DNA of 14,007 bases from Leptospirales bacterium (lineage in GTDB: Bacteria; Spirochaetota; Leptospiria; Turneriellales; JAOUFE01), in assembly GCA_040326155.1 (NCBI GenBank), contig JBEQLE010000092.1, forward strand, positions 1-14,007, read 5' to 3'. Each line of letters begins with the position of its first letter. The first letter of the stretch is position 1. The position numbers and the translations under genes were made by a program. Below, piece by piece: positions 1-6,246 of this stretch. Under the pieces are notes generated by a model. It did not search any database. It had not been told where the DNA came from and worked only from the letters and a program-made list of their open reading frames with translations.

Positions 1-2
1 AA

Positions 3-527
3 CTTTATCGTTTAAGGATACATGAACTTTACGATCTAAGAGATTGGAATGGTTTATTGGGTTATTTGAAAAAACTTGATAAGCATGGTATATTGAATAC
101 GCAATGGAAGTGGCAGGTGGGGCAGGCATATATTTTGAACGGGCAATCTGAAGAAGCCGTAGATTACCTGTTTCATTTACATTCGTTTTATCCTGACCAG
201 CCGGATATACAGTCCGCTTTGCTGGAGGCTTTACAAAAAGCGGGTAAAAAAATTGAGGATTTTTCGTGGCTATCTCGCCCCGAGGTTTCACCGGTTGATG
301 TTCTTTTTCTGGGTAAAAGTATTGATTTTATTCGAAAGTCGAAAAAGGCGATACCGATCTATTTTTTATATACGGCAGTTACGTGTGAGCATAAGGTCTT
401 GTTCGATGAGTTTGATCTTTTGCAGGCACTTAAGGCGGATGATCGATTTCAGGTTTTAAACGAGACTCCTTTCTTTCGATATTCAAAAATCGCAATTGCG
501 CCGAAAGGTTACCAGAATACAGCTTGA
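3..527 (+). CDS. Hypothetical protein, 5'-partial, with a TPR-like helical segment
   Basis: The frame of the 57..527 ORF has no stop back to base 3 (LYRLRIHELYDLRDWNGLLGYLKK...), so the true start is probably left of the window. The segment VGQAYILNGQSEEAVDYLFHLHSFYPDQ resembles a TPR helix pair. Confidence 0.6.
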   Translation, partial: LYRLRIHELYDLRDWNGLLGYLKKLDKHGILNTQWKWQVGQAYILNGQSEEAVDYLFHLHSFYPDQPDIQSALLEALQKAGKKIEDFSWLSRPEVSPVDVLFLGKSIDFIRKSKKAIPIYFLYTAVTCEHKVLFDEFDLLQALKADDRFQVLNETPFFRYSKIAIAPKGYQNTA

Positions 528-568
528 GAATATTCTCGCTGGACTTGATAACCTGTCGGCGTATTAAT

Positions 569-2104
569 TTACTTACCTAAATACCATCGGTGCATAGGAG
601 AGTTTAAAATTTCACTCAACATTCGTTCGGCTTGCAGGGCCGAGGTTCTTTTGGAGCCACCTTTACGTTTGTTCTTTTCGATAATTTCGCGAAGCTCAGG
701 AACAAACTCCTGGTAGAAACGTTCGGCGACTTCATACATTCCGTGCCACTGGGCATAATCGGGGCCCATCATGGAGGCCCCGTGTCGGGCGCGTCGTCCT
801 TCGTGGTGCCATAGGTAGAAATAGGTAAATTCAATTTTATCGTCGAAGGTAACTAAAGAAGTAATTAGCCCTTTTTCGCGAATAAACTTATATAGTTTGG
901 TGGCTGGTGTTCCAAATTTGTCATTATATAGACCAATGAAATTATCAAACTGAATGTACCAGTTGCCTACCCACTGCTCGCTATGGCAATTTCGACAGAC
1001 GCTTTTCATGTCATCTCGACGATCTTTCCAGGGTTTAATTTCGCCACCTTCATCGCCTTTTTTAGGGTAGGTGTCAATTTTTGCAGAAACCGGAGGTCTT
1101 AGATTCCAGGATATGCGGGCCCCTACATCGTGGGTAGCATCCATTTTGTCCGTTGCGCCCATGTGACAGGTGGAACAGGTTGGGCCGGATTCAAAATCTG
1201 TGCCAGGCCACCATTGTTTCTCTTTCATTTGCTCGACCATCTTGGTACGATTTGCGACAAAAGCAATACCGTGTTTTGATTCCATGTAGATTTCAATGTG
1301 TGGATGGTCCGGACCCATGTGACATTTACCACAACTCTCGGGTTGTCTGGCCTGGGCGATTGAAAATTTATGACGCATATGGCAAGAGGAACAGGCTCCT
1401 TTTGAACCGTCGGGATTAATTCTTCCAATACCTGTGTTTGGCCAGGTCGCGGGGTCAAGTTGACCGTTTTCCAGAACTTTTACTTCTGAGCCGTGGCACT
1501 GCATACAACCGGAAACCGCCACCGGAGACTCTGATGTTTTATTGCCATTGGCGTCTCGTGTAACATGGCCTTCTACTACTTCGGCCAGAACATTATCGAG
1601 ACTGCCCAATATAGTACCCGCCTGAGCATGATGACTCGCTGCAAATTGATCTGCCGCAGTTTTATGACAGGTCGCGCAGTCTTTTGGCGATACAATTGTT
1701 GAAATCCAACTTCCATTATGATTATAGGCGTCAGATTCACCTTCTTCCGCCCTGTGGCAGTTGTAACAACCAATACCCTCGCCCGCGTGAGCCGACTCTT
1801 TCCATTGGCGAACAACACCAGGCGTATTAACATTATGACAGTCTACGCATCCTTTGTTTTCTGAAGTTATTGTAATATCGGGAAATTCCAACACCCGTTT
1901 ACGGCCCCCTTCTATCCAGGCTACAATTAGAAGCGAGATAAAAAAGGTTACAGATAGAAATGCTACAATTACTTTTTTAATATTCAACGATACTTCCGTA
2001 TCTCCTTTTAGTGTATTGATAATTTCAGATATAAAATTCGAAAATTTCCCTTTCGAATTATTATGCCAATTTTCACTATCACCCTTCTTTTTTTTAGCTG
2101 CCAT
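569..2104 (-). CDS. Octaheme cytochrome c, hydroxylamine oxidoreductase (HAO) family, N-terminally membrane anchored
   Basis: Eight CxxCH motifs: CVDCH, CYNCH, CATCH, CMQCH, CSSCH, CGKCH, CSTCH, CRNCH. HAO-family signatures CHMGPDHPHIEIYMESKHG (Asp-His pair after the 6th motif) and WHHEGRRARHGASMMGPDYAQWHG. Hydrophobic helix VIVAFLSVTFFISLLIVAWI follows a charged N-terminus. RBS GGAGG upstream of the ATG. Confidence 0.9.
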   Translation of the reverse strand: MAAKKKKGDSENWHNNSKGKFSNFISEIINTLKGDTEVSLNIKKVIVAFLSVTFFISLLIVAWIEGGRKRVLEFPDITITSENKGCVDCHNVNTPGVVRQWKESAHAGEGIGCYNCHRAEEGESDAYNHNGSWISTIVSPKDCATCHKTAADQFAASHHAQAGTILGSLDNVLAEVVEGHVTRDANGNKTSESPVAVSGCMQCHGSEVKVLENGQLDPATWPNTGIGRINPDGSKGACSSCHMRHKFSIAQARQPESCGKCHMGPDHPHIEIYMESKHGIAFVANRTKMVEQMKEKQWWPGTDFESGPTCSTCHMGATDKMDATHDVGARISWNLRPPVSAKIDTYPKKGDEGGEIKPWKDRRDDMKSVCRNCHSEQWVGNWYIQFDNFIGLYNDKFGTPATKLYKFIREKGLITSLVTFDDKIEFTYFYLWHHEGRRARHGASMMGPDYAQWHGMYEVAERFYQEFVPELREIIEKNKRKGGSKRTSALQAERMLSEILNSPMHRWYLGK

Positions 2105-2150
2105 TTTCTTCCTCCGTTATAATTTCGCAATAACCAATGTAAATAATACT

Positions 2151-3206
2151 TTAGTGACCTAATAACATTTCCAGCGCTTCCCAAATTGTAAGAAACACTA
2201 ATATTAATACCATAAATATGCCAATAAGAATGCTTAATTCACTTACCGGTTTTTTTCGTCTAATTGCCGCGTCAATTAGAGGCCAGAACATTAAGAGCAT
2301 AAAACCAAACCCCATAATTAAAACAGCGCCGGTATCCGAGGTGAGTTTCAGAATTCTAAAAGCAAAATAGAAATACCATTCTGGTTTAATATGATCCGGA
2401 GTAACCTGGGGGTTCGCTTCAGACCCCATGTGCATTGGAAAAATAATTGCAAAGCAGGTAATAACCAACATGAGAGTGAGGGCAATTATCATCTCCGTTA
2501 TAAGATGGTCGGGAACAAAAGGGAAGCTTTTCTTCGGTTTGTCGCCGGCAAATTTGAACTTTGTTATACCCTGTGTATGCATGAATGCTATGTGAATCGT
2601 TAGCAATACAATTAGCAACCCGGGCAATATGGCAGCGTGAAAAATAAACATCCGACTTAATGTCCCTTGGCTGATTGATTTTCCGCCTCGGAAGAAATCT
2701 CCGACAATTTCACCTATTAGTGGAATTGCATCGAGCAGTTGAGTAACCACGGTAATCCCCCAGTAGGAGAGTTGCTCGTAGATTAAAGAGTAACCGGTGA
2801 AACCGAGAAGTAGAGTACACGCCAGGATAATCGTTCCAACCATCCAGTTGACTTCTCTGGGTTTACGATAACTACCTGTAAAAAAGACCCGAAATACATG
2901 TAGAATTACGGCCATAATCATAAAATTTGCAGACCAGTAATGTACGCTTCGTATGTACCATCCATACGATATGTTCTCAGTGATGTTTTTTACGCTGTTA
3001 TAGGCGGCGTCTTCGGCTGGTATATAGTAAAATACCAGCAGTATGCCGGTAAGAATCTGAATCATAAAAAGGTAAGCGGGAGTTCCACCCAGAGCCCACC
3101 ACCAGTGTTTTAAATGGTTGGGAACAGGTTCACTACCAAACGATTTAAACGATTCAAACGTAAAAGGTATACGTTCTACAAACCACTTCTTTATATTCTC
3201 TCTCAT
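2151..3206 (-). CDS. qcrB: Cytochrome b of a Rieske/cytb complex (b6-like domain fused to subunit IV-like domain)
   Basis: Heme b His pairs RSVH-x13-H and IFH-x14-H; GSYRKPREVNW; GFTGYSL; Qo-site motif IKPEWYF; about 7 hydrophobic helices in 351 aa. Confidence 0.95.
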   Translation of the reverse strand: MRENIKKWFVERIPFTFESFKSFGSEPVPNHLKHWWWALGGTPAYLFMIQILTGILLVFYYIPAEDAAYNSVKNITENISYGWYIRSVHYWSANFMIMAVILHVFRVFFTGSYRKPREVNWMVGTIILACTLLLGFTGYSLIYEQLSYWGITVVTQLLDAIPLIGEIVGDFFRGGKSISQGTLSRMFIFHAAILPGLLIVLLTIHIAFMHTQGITKFKFAGDKPKKSFPFVPDHLITEMIIALTLMLVITCFAIIFPMHMGSEANPQVTPDHIKPEWYFYFAFRILKLTSDTGAVLIMGFGFMLLMFWPLIDAAIRRKKPVSELSILIGIFMVLILVFLTIWEALEMLLGH

Positions 3207-3223
3207 GTTTTGTCGCTTCGCCT

Positions 3224-3712
3224 TTATACTAACTCATAAAGGGCATAAATTACCCCATCTTTAATTTCCAGCTTACACTTTTTTAAGTTTTTGCCTTCTT
3301 TAGCAGGAGGCCCTTCGATGGATTTACCTTCTGGGTTAAAAACGCCATTATGACAAGGGCAGTAGTATTGGTTTTTTTGCCCTTGCCAAATTACTTTACA
3401 TCCGAGGTGGGGACAGGTGCTTGAAAAAGCTACATACCTTTCTTCTCCTGCGTCTTCACCCAGATCGGTTAAAAGATACGACTCTCCGTCCGGTGTCTGA
3501 AAATTTTTACCTTCTGGTGACAGGTAGGCGGTTCGAACAACAAACAGACGTCTGGTTACCGGATCTCTCTGGTAACCAGTCAGGTAGCGCAAAACAAATC
3601 CGGCAAATGTGCCGTAACTTACAAGCAGGCCCGCCCACATAAAAGAGTTTCGAATGAAACCCTTACGGCTTAAGCCTTTGTCTTCCTCTTTCTTTTGCTT
3701 TTGCTTTGCCAC
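3224..3712 (-). CDS. qcrA: Rieske [2Fe-2S] subunit of a Rieske/cytb complex
   Basis: Box I CPHLGC and box II CPCHNGVF, followed by GPP. Tat-like SRKGFI motif plus a hydrophobic anchor. GTG start; directly upstream of cytochrome b. Confidence 0.95.
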   Translation of the reverse strand: MAKQKQKKEEDKGLSRKGFIRNSFMWAGLLVSYGTFAGFVLRYLTGYQRDPVTRRLFVVRTAYLSPEGKNFQTPDGESYLLTDLGEDAGEERYVAFSSTCPHLGCKVIWQGQKNQYYCPCHNGVFNPEGKSIEGPPAKEGKNLKKCKLEIKDGVIYALYELV

Positions 3713-3720
3713 AATTATCG

Positions 3721-4086
3721 TTATTTCAATGCCGCAGTAATATCATCAATTTCAGATGGTGTCAACCGAACACTTGGCATTTTCATATTGTATTTGCCTT
3801 TAATCTCTTTGTCATAAATGGCTTTAAAATCCTTTCTGCCTTGCTCAGGGTTTACCATATAAATTCGTGTAAATGGTTCACCGCGTTCGGTTGCAATGCC
3901 GGTCAAGTCAGGTCCACTTGTGGCGCTGGAGATTTTTTTGCCATTTGCAGAAAATGCATGACAATATCCACATTTTGCTTTAATCAGTTTAACGCCATTC
4001 TTGGAGTTACCTTCTCCTGCAAAGATGGTGCTTAATCCTATGGTCAGTCCGAGAACTGCAATAATTGCTATAATTTTTTTCATCAT
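3721..4086 (-). CDS. Periplasmic monoheme class I cytochrome c
   Basis: Sec-type signal peptide (MMKKIIAIIAVLGLTIGLSTIFA), single CGYCH, GPDLTG motif, distal Met in MKMP. RBS GGGAG. Confidence 0.92.
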   Translation of the reverse strand: MMKKIIAIIAVLGLTIGLSTIFAGEGNSKNGVKLIKAKCGYCHAFSANGKKISSATSGPDLTGIATERGEPFTRIYMVNPEQGRKDFKAIYDKEIKGKYNMKMPSVRLTPSEIDDITAALK

Positions 4087-4110
4087 TTTCTCCCTGATCT
4101 ACGCACGGAT

Positions 4111-4138
4111 ACATTACCGAACGTAGAATTTGTGTCAA
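4111..4138 (-). promoter_or_regulatory. Putative sigma70-type promoter of the cyt c-Rieske-cyt b-HAO operon
   Basis: On the minus strand: TTGACA (4138-4133), 16-nt spacer, TAATGT (4116-4111), 24 nt upstream of the cytochrome c ATG. Confidence 0.6.
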
Positions 4139-4200
4139 TCCATAATTGGACTTCTTCTCTGTATATAATAACACAAAATTACTCTATACGGCTATATTAG

Positions 4201-4216
4201 TGATAAAATATTGTCA
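4201..4216. promoter_or_regulatory. Imperfect palindrome, candidate regulator site in the divergent operon/nth intergenic region
   Basis: TGATAA-AATA-TTGTCA; 12 of 16 positions are self-complementary; half-sites resemble Fur-family boxes. Confidence 0.3.
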
Positions 4217-4224
4217 ACAACTAT

Positions 4225-4875
4225 ATGAATAATAATGATCGAACCCAGGAAAAGTTTGTAGATGAGCTTTTTACCCGTCTGAAAAATCATTTTGGAGAAC
4301 CTGTAACCCCGCTGTTTCACAAAAATCCAGAACAACTAACAGTAGCGGTAGTTTTATCGGCGCAGACCACGGATGATAACGTGAATAAAGTTACTCCCGG
4401 CCTCTTTGAGGCGTATCCCGACCTGGAAAGTCTTGCCAAAGCGGAAATCTCCGATGTAGAAAAATTGATTTTCTCCACCGGCTTTTATAAAAACAAAGCA
4501 AAGCATATAGTAAGGTTGGCCCAGATGGTTGTGGAAAAACACCATGGTAAAATTCCAGCCAATTTTGATTCCTTATTGGAACTTCCGGGGGTGGGCAGAA
4601 AAACAGCGAACGTAGTCATGGATTGTGCTTTTCACACTTCCGTCGGTGTCGTTGTCGATACCCATGTAAAACGCCTGTCGAACCGGTTTGCTTTGACCGG
4701 GAATTCTGACCCGATAAAAATTGAAAAAGACCTGATGAAAGTGTTGCCGCAAAAATACTGGAAAGATATAACTTTATATATGATCTACCTGGGTCGCAAA
4801 TATTGCGTAGCCAGAAAACCAAATTGCCCCGACTGTTTTTTAAATGACATCTGCCCTTCTGCAATAATGGGATGA
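4225..4875 (+). CDS. nth: Endonuclease III (DNA glycosylase/AP lyase)
   Basis: LSAQTTD, HhH motif LPGVGRKTANVV with catalytic Lys, VDTHV, and C-terminal [4Fe-4S] motif C-x6-C-x2-C-x5-C (CVARKPNCPDCFLNDIC). Confidence 0.97.
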   Translation: MNNNDRTQEKFVDELFTRLKNHFGEPVTPLFHKNPEQLTVAVVLSAQTTDDNVNKVTPGLFEAYPDLESLAKAEISDVEKLIFSTGFYKNKAKHIVRLAQMVVEKHHGKIPANFDSLLELPGVGRKTANVVMDCAFHTSVGVVVDTHVKRLSNRFALTGNSDPIKIEKDLMKVLPQKYWKDITLYMIYLGRKYCVARKPNCPDCFLNDICPSAIMG

Positions 4876-4977
4876 CATATTAATTGCCTGCTTTATAGAG
4901 ATCAAAGGGGCCGTAGGTGATGCCGGTAAGACAATTGTGGAAGAATGGAATTTGTTGGAGTAAAAACATTCTGCCCT

Positions 4978-5427
4978 TTATTTTGCAAATCGCTGGTTCA
5001 GGTTTACTCCGATCATGAACAATACGGGAATTAAAAACAGAACGATCAGGGTTGAAAACAGTAAACCGTATCCGAGAAAAAGACACATCTGAGAAATAAA
5101 TGGATCCATTCCCCCGAGTCCATAGGCGGTGGGGGAAACTCCGAGTATGGTTGTTACGGTGGTCAGTAGTATTGGCCTCAACCTGCCTACCGCGCCGTTT
5201 AATATTGCATCGTGATTTAATATACCTTTCGATTTTTCTTTAATCGTATGTACCATGACTATGGCGCCGGGGTAAATTACCGTAATGTAAACTTGCTTGA
5301 AAGTTATATTGGGGAATCCCTCTTTTTGCATATGAACAATGCTGTTTATTCCCAAAACGGTGACGGCAAAAATCACCAATTTTACAACCAGGGGGCGATC
5401 TAAAAAAAATGCGACGAGTCGGGTCAT
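4978..5427 (-). pseudogene. RND (AcrB/CzcA-type) permease remnant with a large in-frame internal deletion
   Basis: Residues 1-55 match an RND N-terminus (FFLDRP, TM1, EGFPNI, ITVIYPGA). They join directly to an RND C-terminus (IVMV, RLRPILLTT, TM12 GLLFSTLIVLFLIPVLF). The ORF is 149 aa, against roughly 1000 aa for intact permeases. Confidence 0.85.
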
Positions 5428-5591
5428 TATTATAATTATCCTTATTAAAATGTCTAATTCGAATTTACCTTTTCGGTTTTTAGCTCCGTATCGAATTGTT
5501 GAAGATATAGTCTTACAGTAAAGGTATTAAATGTAATTGAGGCTGCGTATTTGCCTTATGTGCAATTTACTTCCATACATACTATATGTAA

Positions 5592-5933
5592 TTAATTGAC
5601 ATGGCTAAATTGCAAAAGATTATATTTTTCCGGTAACGATTTATCTTTTTCAAGCAATGACAACATTCTTTGGGCTGTACCATTTGGTTCATTCCGGCCG
5701 GATTCCCAAGCCTCTACGGTCTTTATGGAAACTCCCATCAGCATTGCAAAAGATCGTTGCGATAAATTTTGTGTGTTTCTGATTTTTTTTACCTCTTTCC
5801 CTTTAAAGTGAGAGAGAGGGCTTATGGTTACTTGCTTAGATTTTGCCTTAATTGCTTTATTGCCTTTTTCGAACTCAATGGCTTCATTTAGACCTTTTAT
5901 GATACTCTCTGCTACTTTACTTTTTGTTGCCAT
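5592..5933 (-). CDS. Xre/Cro HTH protein, HigA-like type II antitoxin
   Basis: Start refined to ATG at 5933 (MATKSKVAESIIKGLNEAIEF...). HTH segment VKKIRNTQNLSQRSFAMLMGVSIKTVEAWESGRNEP. Lies downstream of a toxin remnant, giving toxin-first (higBA) order. Confidence 0.88.
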   Translation of the reverse strand: MATKSKVAESIIKGLNEAIEFEKGNKAIKAKSKQVTISPLSHFKGKEVKKIRNTQNLSQRSFAMLMGVSIKTVEAWESGRNEPNGTAQRMLSLLEKDKSLPEKYNLLQFSHVN

Positions 5934-6069
5934 TCGTACCTGCAATCACATCTCCGAAATCGGGGTTGTTTGTTAAAAATATTTCTAACTCATTCAAGTC
6001 ATCATCATTTAAACCTAATGCACTCCATTTCTTTTGAAATTCAGGAAGTTCTATAAAAACTCTTGTCAC
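5917..6069 (-). pseudogene. Truncated HigB-2/RelE-family toxin, N-terminal half only (not in the ORF track)
   Basis: GTG at 6069 translates as MTRVFIELPEFQKKWSALGLNDDDLNELEIFLTNNPDFGDVIAGTNGNKK* (50 aa). The NP-x-x-GDVI-x-GT-x-G motif is typical of HigB-2-like toxins, but the following RKxR...RVIY half is absent. Confidence 0.82.
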
Positions 6070-6074
6070 AATAC

Positions 6075-6103
6075 AATATAAACCCTACTGAGTAGGGTGT
6101 CAA
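6075..6103 (-). promoter_or_regulatory. TA promoter with an operator palindrome in the spacer
   Basis: TTGACA (6103-6098), 17 nt, TATATT (6080-6075). A perfect 8-1-8 inverted repeat ACCCTACT-G-AGTAGGGT (6082-6098) fills the spacer. The toxin GTG begins 6 nt after the -10 box. Confidence 0.85.
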
Positions 6104-6246
6104 TAAATTATTATGAAACGGTGCTAAAGAAGCGCTCTTTCCTTCGCATTACATATGTTGATCTGTTCGTGGCAGACTGCGGTGACCTATAAAGTGTTGT
6201 TTAAAAAAAGGTGGCGGCCCTGTTAAACCTGAAGTAGATTGAATAC

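Noticed and set aside
569..2104. Calling the octaheme a nitrifier-type hao, or evidence for ammonia oxidation or anammox
   Set aside because: No cycA/cycB, amo or hzs genes in the window, and the cross-linking Tyr appears absent. Family membership alone does not set reaction direction.
2117..2144. Possible internal promoter TTTACA-16-TATAAC before the octaheme gene
   Set aside because: The -10 box abuts the GGAGG RBS, so the transcript would lose its RBS; probably chance in AT-rich DNA.
253..4864. Short alternative-frame and antisense ORFs inside the first gene, the respiratory operon and nth (e.g. 632-814, 1153-1419, 1854-2162, 3706-4035, 4354-4545)
   Set aside because: They overlap better-supported genes and show no motifs; treated as shadow ORFs.
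5577..5591. Hairpin TACATA-CTA-TATGTA after the antitoxin stop as a terminator
   Set aside because: Weak AT-rich stem with no U-tract.
5934..5945. ORF-track TTG start (MQVR) for the antitoxin
   Set aside because: These bases belong to the toxin remnant (IAGT codons); ATG 5933 gives a typical antitoxin N-terminus.
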